Shown piece after piece: positions 21,693 through 32,736 of a stretch of DNA of 64,000 bases. The first letter of the stretch is position 1; the number at the start of each line of letters is the position of its first letter. The stretch covers positions 2,728,001 through 2,792,000 of the forward strand of contig OX337232.1 in assembly GCA_946965045.2 (NCBI GenBank), read 5' to 3'. Source of the stretch: Epithemia pelagica. Taxonomy: Eukaryota > Protista > Bacillariophyta. The position numbers and the translations under genes were made by a program. The notes beneath the pieces are model-generated. The model did not search any database and was not told the DNA's origin. It saw only the letters and a program-made list of their open reading frames with translations.

Positions 21693-22090
21693 TTGGTCTG
21701 AAACACTTGATTCACATCATTCTGAAAATCTTTGTCAATGGCGTACGAAAAGGCACAATCGTCTTGAAATATTACAAGCGTCCTTTCAAGGTTACAGTTC
21801 TGGAGAAAAAAAGAATCAGCCGCGAATACTCCCAAAAGAATGATTCACCGGTGAGTGGTTCGACTGTCCCACTGCCCAGGAAGTTTGAGATGCTTAATGT
21901 CATCAATAGGACTTGCTTCAATCCAAGTTCTATTCGTGCTTGGTCGCCCCACTCTCCCGACCAGGTTGCGCGAGCCTCTTGCCTGGGAGTCTCGTTGGCG
22001 GCGCATCGCCCTCGTCAGAGTCGCCTTGGTCTGTATTACCTTATCTTAGTCCAGTGAGGGTTAGGGTTAGCCCTTGCACTTCTGTTGTTG

Positions 22091-23173
22091 TCATTCATCA
22101 TCACTGTCTTCTGGCAACAATGAGCAGGCAGGCATCAGCTTCGTCCCTGCAAAAGACGAGAAATTTATAGCTCCTTTGAGTGAGAGTAAGAAGGGGTCAG
22201 GGAGGCAGGACTCTTCAAAGTTAAAAGTTCCCTTCGCAACTCGTATGGTACGGAAATCGATGTCAGGTTTTAACACCGGGATGGATATTGTAGGACTCAA
22301 AGACTGACGAAGATGTTGAACAAGGCGCTTCCACGCCAACACTGAGCGGTCAGTCGTATTTTCAGCGGTGAAGTTGAATTCTTCCAGCACGTCGTTGTCC
22401 GTATCTAGAAGAGATTCTGCAATGTCCTTCACGAACACAGCCAATGTTGCAATGGCAGTTCGAATGTCCGTTTCAGAGCAGGTCTCCCGGGCGTTACGAA
22501 GCACTTCCGAAGCTGCTGCATTGCCCGAATCACCGCACGGAAGCACAAGTGCGCTGTAGGGAGTGACGCCATCCCATCCTTTTATTTGCTCCAAGGGCAA
22601 GAGCGGTAAAATGATCAGCGACGGGGGTGTTGAATCAAAGTAGCAATCCTTCTTTTGCAGATACATCTTGTTGTATTTACTGTGCTTGATTCCTGAATCA
22701 TTCAGTCGTCGACTTGGTCCCTTCATTCCGTTCAAAAGCTTTCGACGTTTGTTGAAATCTGCCTCGAAGAGTCCGGTGATGGCTTGAACAATTTGTACGT
22801 AGGCAACATGGCAGAGTTTCGCATTTGACAAAAGGTGTGCCTTCTCTGTCTGGATGTTGTACAAAAAATCGACACGGGTAGTCTGCTGTGCTGTATTGGT
22901 TTTATCCGACTTGTCCGTACTAGCCTCGGGTAGTTGATTCAATTTGGCCTTGCTGGCCGTATTCGGATAAATTCGCTGCCCTTCCTCTAAGCTTCGACGA
23001 ATATTAAGAAACGAGGATGCCGTTAGAGGGGTTGATTGCTGGACATTAATTACCTGTTCGAAACCGGCAAAAAACACGCCCTCATCCCGGTCATTTCTCT
23101 CGTCTGTGGACAAGGTCTGCATGAAAAGCGTGTTGGCTCGAAGGACCGCGTCTCTATGCGCAAATACCGACAT
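22091..23173 (-). CDS. Hypothetical protein, possibly HNH-like/Crinkler-C-terminal-like family
   Basis: ~360-aa ORF with EKAHLL...LCH and C-terminal PDPFLLSLKGAINFS...LMPAC. The resemblance is by eye only. Confidence 0.4.
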   Translation of the reverse strand: MSVFAHRDAVLRANTLFMQTLSTDERNDRDEGVFFAGFEQVINVQQSTPLTASSFLNIRRSLEEGQRIYPNTASKAKLNQLPEASTDKSDKTNTAQQTTRVDFLYNIQTEKAHLLSNAKLCHVAYVQIVQAITGLFEADFNKRRKLLNGMKGPSRRLNDSGIKHSKYNKMYLQKKDCYFDSTPPSLIILPLLPLEQIKGWDGVTPYSALVLPCGDSGNAAASEVLRNARETCSETDIRTAIATLAVFVKDIAESLLDTDNDVLEEFNFTAENTTDRSVLAWKRLVQHLRQSLSPTISIPVLKPDIDFRTIRVAKGTFNFEESCLPDPFLLSLKGAINFSSFAGTKLMPACSLLPEDSDDE

Positions 23174-23513
23174 TACAGCCAAGTTACTCGAGATGGACAG
23201 TTCGTAGTCGCAAAGTGCAAACGATACGAGGAGGATTGTTGATGATGACCAACGAAGATGATGATAATGATGATGGGCGAAAACCGAAAACGATCACCGA
23301 ACAAAAACAACGCAACGACAGTGCCTTCCCCCATAGAAAATAGCACGGTGTAAAAATTGTGATCTTTAGGCCGTTCCTTGTTACCCTGCAAAACAAAAGT
23401 TGGAGCGTGACACGTCACAAAAAAACCGGAGAAATGACGTCAAATCCGGGTTCATCGACGTTTCAGCTCATGAGGGTGCAAAAGTGTATATCCAACGAGA
23501 GTTTAGATTTTGG

Positions 23514-24698
23514 ATGCCAACCATGTTGCGGTTGGCAACCATCGCGGCCACTCTCGTACTGGCCATTTGGTTGTTGTCACGGGCGACGGCAGCAGCCTTT
23601 GTAGGTCATTCCGGTTCTTCCCTTGTCTCGACATTCTGGACTAACAAAACGTACAGACTTCCACCTTCCACTGGTCCCCGTTCGTTGTTGAGGCATGGGA
23701 TGAGACTCCAATCCGGATTAACAAATGAAGAAGGAGAAGAAAACACCGCAGTCTACGAGGACAGTGGCTCTTTTAAGGGCATGACTGGCAAGGATGGCGG
23801 GATTCAAGAGTTGTGGAGCGGCTTGGTCGAGACCTACGACGGTGTATCATTCGAACGCAAAACAAGTACTAGACAAATACAAGCTCATGTTCGGCAATGG
23901 CTCGATGAAATTGTCATTGGCCTCAATCTTTGCCCTTTTGCGGAAAGGGCTGTCCACGGCTTTGTTCCGGGTGGTGAGACAGAGAAAGACAACACCTCTT
24001 CTCTGTACGAAACAATCCACCCACCGTCCTCCTCAAATCAGAGTAGCAACAATGGATTGGGTGAAAGCGGACGACCCCTGTTGACAATTCCAGTCATTCG
24101 TGGCAAGAACGAAACTTTGATTTTACAATGGATGGGCGTCGAATTGTTACGACGCGCCGAGCAGTCGGGGACCACGCTCGTGGTGTGTCCCGACTGTCAT
24201 GTCGACCACTTTGAAGAATTCATGGAAGTGGTCCATCGTGCCGATGCGTTGATTGAGGAATTGGACTTGGAGGGACAGGTGCAAATTGCACCCTTTCATC
24301 CCCTCTTTCGATTCCATGGATCCTCTCCCGAAACGACGAAGGTGGATGATTGGACCAATCGATCTCCCTACCCCATGTTTCATATTTTGAGGGAAGATGA
24401 AGTTGAAACTGCCGTAGAACGATTGCAAGGCGATGCAGGTCGTGTCTGGAAACGCAATGTCAATTTGTTGCATGCCATTCACGAGGCATTGGGAACCTCT
24501 GGACTCGAACGACTGTTTAACGTGTCGTCATTTTCACCCAACACAACGGCCACCTTGTCGAATGAGCCTCACCAGCTAGTGGATCGGATGACAGCCACAG
24601 AACGGACAACCGTGCAAAGTCTGCTGCGAAAGCATCGGCTTTCCATGGGATCAGCAGCAAGTAGCAAGAAAATGGACAACCAGGAGGCTTTTGATTGA
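23514..24698 (+). CDS. DUF1415-domain protein, probably plastid-targeted (copy 2)
   Basis: Same as 18247..19431 except three visible substitutions (S>A, A>T, Q>K). Confidence 0.85.
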   Translation: MPTMLRLATIAATLVLAIWLLSRATAAAFVGHSGSSLVSTFWTNKTYRLPPSTGPRSLLRHGMRLQSGLTNEEGEENTAVYEDSGSFKGMTGKDGGIQELWSGLVETYDGVSFERKTSTRQIQAHVRQWLDEIVIGLNLCPFAERAVHGFVPGGETEKDNTSSLYETIHPPSSSNQSSNNGLGESGRPLLTIPVIRGKNETLILQWMGVELLRRAEQSGTTLVVCPDCHVDHFEEFMEVVHRADALIEELDLEGQVQIAPFHPLFRFHGSSPETTKVDDWTNRSPYPMFHILREDEVETAVERLQGDAGRVWKRNVNLLHAIHEALGTSGLERLFNVSSFSPNTTATLSNEPHQLVDRMTATERTTVQSLLRKHRLSMGSAASSKKMDNQEAFD

Positions 24699-24791
24699 AC
24701 CATTCGATTTGGTTGTTTCCAAGAAGAGTGTCGTATGTTGCCACTCTGGAAAGGCATTTTTTCTCTACTTGTTCATGTCGCTGTCTGACTC

Positions 24792-26342
24792 TCAGCGGCG
24801 CTCTTCCTGTTTGGCTTTGTTGGGACGTCGTCCGACACGTTTGGGAATTTCCAGAAAGCCCATGGTTTGGTTGTAATTCAATTCGGACTGGATGAAATCC
24901 CAATCCATGTACTGGGTGCACTCTTGCAACAATGGATGGTCCCGAGTCAAGTTGACAATCATGCGTGGATTCTTGGTTTTGGCGGCGGGAAACTGGTACT
25001 GCTGGAGCAACACGTCGTTCCAAAAGACTTGATTGGAGACCCAAGTACTACCCCATCGAGGGTGGGGTGTCGAGGTATCACTGGGAAACAACCCCATGAC
25101 TTGCGAGGCTGGATAGAGTTTCGCAATGGCAATCTCAAAATGTTCGACAATGCATCGTTTCTTTTTAATTTTGGATTGAAGGTGAGGACAAAAATAGTCA
25201 TGGTCTGGGGGCAACCTGCAGGCATAGTCACGATACCGTTGCATACCGGATGCACTAAACCCTCGCAACACACTTTCGACCCAATCGTAGTCTGGGTTGT
25301 CTTTTGGGTTGGACCGGTCACTCGGTTCTTTGTCTGTGGATGACTCATTTTTGGCAAGGTGATAATTGAGCGACGTGAGTGACAAATTTCGAGCCACCAG
25401 CTCGTCCAAAATGGCTGCAAAATGCCGAAGAGCAAAAATAGAATCATTGCTCAAGACAAAGGTATCTTGGGAATGATCACTGCTATTGTAGAATGGAGGA
25501 AGAATTTCGTCCAATGCATCACACCACAATCCGACATCGTACCGATCATTTACCTTGGCCAAGACGGATACATTTGCAATCTTGTTATTGCTGTCGACGG
25601 GTAGTGTTGAGGAATGTTGGTTGATTCGAGTTGTTTCTTCTTCTTTTACAACTCCTGCTCGTCGTCGATCAAAGTGTGGAATTGTCGCTCGTGCCTTGTC
25701 GACAATTTGTGTGGTTACGTCGTATGCCCACGTGGGCGTAACCACCACAATGGAATCGTACTTGAGTGGATCGACAAAGCATTCCAATTGAGTCCACAAG
25801 GCTGTCGCATACCGAGGACCACGCGGTGCCGCCGCCAAGACAAGGGTGGATCTTGGACGAGATGGATCCTGCGCTGCTGGAGAGGAGGTGCCATCCGTCC
25901 TTGCTGTTGGTGTTTTTGCTGCTGCTTGATTGGGTGGTTCTGGCGGGATGCGCCAAGAAGAAGCAAGGATGCTGTGCAACGGTGAACCTTGGCTGTGTTT
26001 GGTCCTGTAGCCATGTCTCCATACAATGGAAAACTGCAGTGTTCCAATGGCATAAACCAACAGGACTCCGACAAGGAACACAGAGGGAGAAATACCACAC
26101 AACACTGGATGATCCCCTGCACGACGTTTGTTGCGACCCACGAATAGCGATGCTTCGCCCTTATACCGAGACGCGTGCTTCCAGTACCATGCTGCCGATT
26201 TTGTTGTGGGAACGATCCGTTGGTGGCGACGGTCTTGTTGCTTCCCATTCGCAAGAAGATTGCGATTCTTTGAGCCATGGGTTGCTGCTTCCTTGAAGCC
26301 AGGGAGACGAGCGCCGCATTGGGAGTGTTGCATGTTTGCCAT
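24792..26342 (-). CDS. Putative RgpF-like glycosyltransferase (copy 2)
   Basis: Same as 19525..21075 except three visible substitutions (T>A, N>H, P>T). Confidence 0.6.
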   Translation of the reverse strand: MANMQHSQCGARLPGFKEAATHGSKNRNLLANGKQQDRRHQRIVPTTKSAAWYWKHASRYKGEASLFVGRNKRRAGDHPVLCGISPSVFLVGVLLVYAIGTLQFSIVWRHGYRTKHSQGSPLHSILASSWRIPPEPPNQAAAKTPTARTDGTSSPAAQDPSRPRSTLVLAAAPRGPRYATALWTQLECFVDPLKYDSIVVVTPTWAYDVTTQIVDKARATIPHFDRRRAGVVKEEETTRINQHSSTLPVDSNNKIANVSVLAKVNDRYDVGLWCDALDEILPPFYNSSDHSQDTFVLSNDSIFALRHFAAILDELVARNLSLTSLNYHLAKNESSTDKEPSDRSNPKDNPDYDWVESVLRGFSASGMQRYRDYACRLPPDHDYFCPHLQSKIKKKRCIVEHFEIAIAKLYPASQVMGLFPSDTSTPHPRWGSTWVSNQVFWNDVLLQQYQFPAAKTKNPRMIVNLTRDHPLLQECTQYMDWDFIQSELNYNQTMGFLEIPKRVGRRPNKAKQEERR

Positions 26343-26469
26343 CCATCGGCATCATTGTGTCACCCAGTGTTCATCACGTGTGTGGGCCGTTCAAACCGAT
26401 GTGACGCCATGCTCTCCGTGGGCGCGCGTGCGAGCACCTCTATGCGGTACGCATGCGCTCTAGCTATGT

Positions 26470-26883
26470 TTTCGGACGAGATACGAAATACTATCGGATA
26501 GTCGAGAACTGCCAAAAGGTCTCGCAATTCCACGCCTCGTTGCGGAAGTGTGATCATGGTGGCTGTATCGTGCTCATTCTCACCGTTGACGTCGTTGTTG
26601 TTGTCGCGACGGTGGTGGTTGCGCGGATCTGTAGAGTACATGGCTTGAATGACGGGGATCATGGTAACATTCCACTCCTCTAAGTCCATCACGCTCACTG
26701 GAATGGGATTGTGGTGGGTGGATCCCTGTTGTGGATCGGTGTTCCACAAGTCCGATGCCATGGTACTAAGCAAGGATAGCCTTTTTTTTGAAGATCAGTT
26801 TTATCGAGTACCAGTCTGTCGTTGTCTGATGCATTGCTACCAGAATCGACAAACCGGAAGTGGACTTTCGCCATCGTCGTCAT
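26470..26883 (-). pseudogene. Frameshifted gene fragment cut at the duplication junction (possibly BTB/POZ-like)
   Basis: AKVHFRFVD...LVLDKTDLQKKGYP continues in another frame as LSTMASDLWN...ELRDLLAVLDYPIVF. The shift is near an A8 run (~26782-26789). The reading frame enters duplicated DNA at 26469. Confidence 0.3.
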
Positions 26884-27297
26884 GGTCCCAAGCTCATCAA
26901 GAATAGAGAGAAAGAATGGAGCGAGATCCTGTGAAAAGGAATCGTGCGCGATTGCGGAGTCTTGCGGATCATTGTTGTCAGTCGCGCATAGTGGCGGCCG
27001 ACTGCTCGAGGATTTGAGGGTTGAGGGATACGAGTCATGGCGGAAAGTGCTGAAGATGATCGGAGGAGAATGAATAGACAAGTTGGCTTCTTGATGGCGT
27101 TGAAGAGATGGGATCTCATGGAGTGGAGGTAGATTTGGAATGATTCCTAGTTTTTGGGGTGCCAAAGTTTTACCTTTTGCACCCGTACGACCAATGACGG
27201 TATAGTTGTAGGGATGACGCTAATGATTCGTAACTCTACAGCACTCAAGTCGTCCCTACCGTACGAGTTATTCGAACATGAGCTGCCTCATGAATAC

Positions 27298-28491
27298 TTA
27301 GTAAGCACCAGTTTTGAGTTCCACATCTGGTTCCAAGCCCATCGCAATACGGTCAAACTGTACCTGACACCAGGCAAAGTTGGCAATTCCTTCCAAAGGA
27401 GCCGTAATGAGCGCCCCGGTAACAGTATTCTCCGCCAACTTCCTGGCCAAGTCGGCCTCAATTGTCGGACGCCCAATACCAATCAAGTGCGTCGCCTTGC
27501 TCTCCAACGCCTCCAACATGGCGTTCCGACTGCGCCATCCACCAGTACACATGACGGGTACCTTGGTCGCTTCGACCAATTTTTGCGAGAACTCTAGAAA
27601 GGACGCTTCCCGCTGTTTCGTTGACTCACGCTCCGGCCCGTCCGTCATAGCCAACTTCTCGTACGTTCCACCCGACACTTCAATCAAGTCGACCGAAGCG
27701 GCCTCCAACATTTTGACAAACTCCATCGCTTCCCCTTCGTCAAAACCTCCACGCTGAAAGTCGGCCGAGTTGATCTTGACACCAATCGGGTAGTCGGACC
27801 CGAGGGCGTCTCGGCACTGACGCATAATCGCGAGCGGCATGCGAGCCCGGTTGTCAAGACTGCCGCCCCACTGGTCCGTCCGTTGGTTGACGAGGGGACT
27901 GAGGAACTGGGAGAGCAAGTATCCATGCGCACAGTGAATCTAAACGCCCTTGAAGCCAGCGTCCTTACAGATTTTGGCGGTGGCCACAAACTGTTGGATA
28001 ATGTCGAGAATCTCACTCTCTTCGAGAGCGCGTGGGGGAGGTCCCCAGGGCAAACCGACGGCAGAAGGAGCGACGGGATTCTCGGAGGAGGTCTGGCGTC
28101 CAGCGTGGCAAATCTGGACCCAGCAGTGAGCGCCGTTCTCCTGGGCGGCACTTGCCCAGAGTTTGAGGCCGTCCAAATCGCGGTCGGTCTCGCAAATGAC
28201 GTTGCCGGGGGCAACGAGGGCGGAGCGGTCGACCATGAAGTTGCCGGTAATGCTGAGTCCGAAACCTCCGTGGGCCCAACTGCGGTACATTTCAATGAGG
28301 GAGCGATTGGGACGACCCTGGGCGTCGGCGCGTTCTTCACCCATGGGAGCCTTCGCGAGGCGGTTTGGGATGACGACTCCACATGGAAGGGTAATGCTCT
28401 CGAGAAACAAGGTCTTTCCCTGCTCCATCGAGTACTTGTCAGTGTCGTCTTTGCCGTAGCGGCTGAGTTTGGCGGCAATATCGGTAGACAT
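27298..28491 (-). pseudogene. NADH:flavin oxidoreductase / Old Yellow Enzyme family, one in-frame TAG at 27940-27942
   Basis: [62 protein letters not shown]. The two ORFs are in the same frame. Confidence 0.88.
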
Positions 28492-31067
28492 GATGGTATG
28501 GAGAACTTGTTGTTGTTTGTCCACAGCCGCTCAAAAGATTTTCTCGTTCTGCTCGACGCGTGAATAAAAATCTATCGGTTCCTTTGTGTGTTTTGGAGAG
28601 AATCTTCCCTTCTCTATGTTTTTTTAAAATTTGAGAAGCAGATATATCATCTGAATAAGCGACTAAATTTTAAGTTTTACTGCAAACCACGTTCCCACTA
28701 TTACCTACAAACCGACACATTGTGCCAAGTTCTACCAACTGCGTACTGAGATTTACCTACAAAAGGCAATGCGACCAATAAGGTACCCAGTGGTAGTAGG
28801 TGACCGGGGTAGCACTTTCGGCTACTAGCAGTAGAGACAATGTATATTATAGAACATAATATTCGCTCCGACGATGATCGTACTGACATGTTCCTACGGA
28901 AGAGGTCCTCCTCCCGACAGTCCTACACCATCAGTTGTTCCAACTTCCAACTTCTCTCAACCGCTTTGCCCATCAAAGAAGTCAACCAAGTAGGATCAAT
29001 CTAAGGCTTGCGCTGAGCTACGAATATGGATGCTTCTACCTTTCTAGTCTCGTACAATTTGTTTCGACTTCGGGTGGTTGTTATCCGTGCTCCAACTTTG
29101 ATGGAGACCCAGGCCTTTTTCCGATGTTTCCATCCTTTGAGAGCAGCTTCTCGTCCTGTTCTTTTTTGGGATATACTGGTACTCCTAACGTCACAAAAAA
29201 GTTCCCTTTCTTCATACCAAAAGCCTCCATATGAACCTAAGCTGTGAGGTTGACAATGAATGGGGCAATGGAGAGAAAGGGATCCAAACAAATCTATATG
29301 GCTAGTATCCCGACCACTGGATCCGCTAGTTGCTGTCCCCAACGCGAATGCCGCGACCGCCTCCACTATCGTTTCCTCCTTCGCGGCCACATGAATCATT
29401 GGGGACTTCTCCGGATGAACAAACCCCGTCGGCGTGAGGTCCCCTCTCTAGTGAGAGCAACCCAAGGCAAAGACACTTGAGAACATCGACGTAGTCCGCG
29501 TCCTGGCAGTTCTTGTCCAAATCGGGCATGCCATGCCTGCATTCGACATGCCAAAGTGCCCAACGAGACGGCAAGGATCTTCAACATACGTTGAAGGAAA
29601 AGCGTTGATACCAATCATGCTGCTTGTCTGAATTTTGAATATCGGTGAGCAAACCCACCATTCACCGGTTTTCTGTGGTACCAAAGCATGAGCGGTCAAA
29701 CGACAGTCCGAGTCAGTCTACCTGCCCTACAAAACTCCGTACGGTCTCAAAAATTGTGTGAACCAAATAGACATGGAAGAAGGATATTGAAAATCTGTCG
29801 ATTGCCAATCCTTCCCGATTTTTCTTGTTGCCCCTCGTACCTTTTGCTTGGCGTGACGACGGATTCCTGCTGCAATCGACGCGCCACAGCCACGGTTGCA
29901 CAAGCAATGTCTGTTGCGTGGTTGCGCAAGTGCGCAACACAATGGTCTCCTCTTAGACTTTCAACTCACTCTCCAAGGACAAAACAAAATTGCCTGAAAA
30001 TCTGGGCCTTCACAAATTCTGGCTTCCCCCAAGTTGTCCCCCAACGTAATTCTTGCACGTTATTGTCCTTCTCAACCAATACACATGGCACTATCTCATT
30101 TGATTCCCACGACCGATGAGGATGATGATGAGCAACTTGTCCTTCTTCTTTGTCGACTTCATGGCAACAGGCAGAATGAGTAGTGAGTAGGATGAACCGA
30201 CAGCGTGCATGTCTCTTTCACGCAAGTGTCACCAGATATCAGATGTTTGCGCGAATCTTTGTTCCCCTCGCATCCACTTTACTGGAGTATGTAGGGCGAT
30301 GATTCTTCGCTGGTCTCTGGATTCTCAGCGGCCTCACCGCTTTCGCGACATTTGCACTTGTGAATGTCAAATCGTTTGGAGATGAAAATGATAGCCACGG
30401 CTGACAGAATAAAGATCATGATGTTGTTTTCTGTCGAGATCCTGTGGCAACCTGTGTCTCATTGGAATACACCAAACTTTTTTCGGAGCCGACACAAGCC
30501 TGTCGTCACGTTTGTTGGATAGATGCAGCTGCAACAACTCGCCGTTCTATTCGTAGTTCTCATGATGGAACACACAATTTCAATCTGGAGAAAGATACTG
30601 ATTTGGTCTTGGTCTTGCGGATCTTAGTGTCAGTCTTGAGTTCTGATGTCCACAACCGATCGTTTGAAAGAAGATTTTGACGTATCATGTGTTATACAAT
30701 GTCAACAATGACACCTGTCTAAATGACATCTGCAATGTGCCGCTGATTACATCTACTAAGAGCAGAAGGGTGTCTTTTTGACACATGTCGAAGTTACATT
30801 GACGTTTCGTCTGGAACGCGCACATAAATTTTCGATGGGTTGTAGAAATAATGAGAATCGAACGCAGGACGAGTCCGCCGGCCAAAAAAGTGCGGGAGAC
30901 TGCGTTTGCTATTGCTCTATGTTTTCTTATTTCTAGAGAGAGCGGCAAGCGGCACAGATGACAGTCACAGTTCACAGTACTCACAGAGATATTGAACCAT
31001 CTCTTTTTGGTTTGACACTCTATCTGCCTAGAGACTGTGTTGTGTATTCAAGAGATTCCATGACAGT

Positions 31068-32411
31068 ATGGTTTTCTTTCAACGAGGAAAACCATCCAAG
31101 ACGATGATGATGCGCCGTGACGGTAACAAGTGCCCTATGGATCATAGCGAATCCTCCACCGATGCCTCGTCCAGCCATTCCGTAACGGAGGATTCTCTTT
31201 CGTACGTGAACGATGGATCGATTGCGAATTCGTATCCAGTCCACCACCACGAGCAAACATCACAGGGTGGTCGCCTAAATTATACCACTCAACGACGAAG
31301 GGCATCCATGGGAACTTCGATGCGTTCCACGGGGTCACTCTCACTGCAATGCAAGCGACAACGAAAGCCTCTGGGCAAGGCGAGAGGAGCATCCTCGAGC
31401 GGAACACATGTGATGCCTTCGGGGGCATCTGTTTGTAACTGTTCTCAAATCAGTCATCAAGATAGGGCAAGTTCGATTCAACAAGCATCAAGGGGATATA
31501 ATGGTGAGGGTATTTTTCGATTGTCTTCGGACCAAAGAAAACCCTCACAAAGTCAATCACAAGCACGCGCTGAAACTACTTCCTTTGCTCCAGTGAGTTC
31601 GGACGAATCAAAGATTCCTCTGAAGCGTCTTCCAAGAAGAGGATCCACTGGAACTCACTTCTCATCAAGTTCAAGTCCTCATGTCACGCCCACTGGAGGA
31701 AGAAAGGTACCAGTTTCCATAGCAACAAAGGGCGATGCTAGCATTCGAACTCGTTCCATCAATCTTTCGTCCATCGAAGATATTGAAACGGAATCGAACG
31801 ATGCTACCAAACAACAACAAAGAGGTCCAGTTCAACCTATCAAGCACCAAAACAGCAATGAGGCTCTGGAGCGGGATCGAGTGCCGCCTCGGCAGGGAGG
31901 AATGGAGTTGCCCTTTGTGAGACGGGGGTCCGTGCTACGAGCCGAGCAACTCCTAGGTCTGGACGGCATGGATCATGCGGCAAAAGAAGGCAGTTCCACT
32001 GAAAACCTTCTAGGTGACAAAGAAGACGACGAGTGGCTCACCAATTTTTTGAATGAGGGGTATCACAAGCAAAAGGAAGAAGAACCAGAACCCGTGAAAC
32101 TAGACTTGTCGTGTCTTGATTATCTCTATAAAGATATGGCTGATCCTACAACCAAGAACGAGGCAACGACAAAAACGGACTCGAATGACCTCACACAAAT
32201 AACCTTGGTATCTAGTGAAGACGACGACGACGACGAAGAGGATGATGAATCTACGGAAGAGTTTCGGCTTTCCAGCACCGCCACACGCAAGCTTGAAACC
32301 GAACGCTTTGTCGGGCACCGCAAACCACGCCGAAAAGGTGTTACTGTGATCAAAACTTTGGACTTGTCCCAACGGGGAAAACCAGAGTTGAAACGAAATA
32401 GCAGTTTTTGA
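31068..32411 (+). CDS. Hypothetical low-complexity protein with repeated RRxS motifs
   Basis: 447-aa ATG ORF with RRASMG, RRGSTG and RRGSV and an acidic tract. No folded domain recognised. Confidence 0.65.
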   Translation: MVFFQRGKPSKTMMMRRDGNKCPMDHSESSTDASSSHSVTEDSLSYVNDGSIANSYPVHHHEQTSQGGRLNYTTQRRRASMGTSMRSTGSLSLQCKRQRKPLGKARGASSSGTHVMPSGASVCNCSQISHQDRASSIQQASRGYNGEGIFRLSSDQRKPSQSQSQARAETTSFAPVSSDESKIPLKRLPRRGSTGTHFSSSSSPHVTPTGGRKVPVSIATKGDASIRTRSINLSSIEDIETESNDATKQQQRGPVQPIKHQNSNEALERDRVPPRQGGMELPFVRRGSVLRAEQLLGLDGMDHAAKEGSSTENLLGDKEDDEWLTNFLNEGYHKQKEEEPEPVKLDLSCLDYLYKDMADPTTKNEATTKTDSNDLTQITLVSSEDDDDDEEDDESTEEFRLSSTATRKLETERFVGHRKPRRKGVTVIKTLDLSQRGKPELKRNSSF

Positions 32412-32736
32412 GGATTGGGATCGAAGTGACTGTACAGTTTTTGTGTAACGGGAAATGGACCTTGTACATCTTACCATTGCGGTCGAAGACAATACATTGT
32501 TTGGGGACTAGAGACGCGAGCTTTTGTAAGAGATATACGGATATATTCACCATAGAGTGTTAATGAAACCTAATCGTTTCTTGTTTATATAAGGAGGTAG
32601 GGAGTAGATTCTACGACAAGATCGTCAACAACGCGCTGCTAAAAATTTTGCAAGGCCACGAGAGACCGACATTCATTGAAGACAAGACCTTGGCGAGCAT
32701 TCAATGATATAAGCGTGATAGATAAAATTCTAAAAC

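Larger units (their letters stand above)
23366..26469. repeat. Segmental direct duplication, copy 2
   Basis: Offset 5265-5267 bp from copy 1. Also starts with TTA|GGCCGTTCC. Confidence 0.97.

Noticed and set aside
28935-30119. Cluster of short ORFs that may be a decayed relative of the 22091 gene
   Set aside because: Only vague Cys/His resemblance across broken frames; no defensible call.
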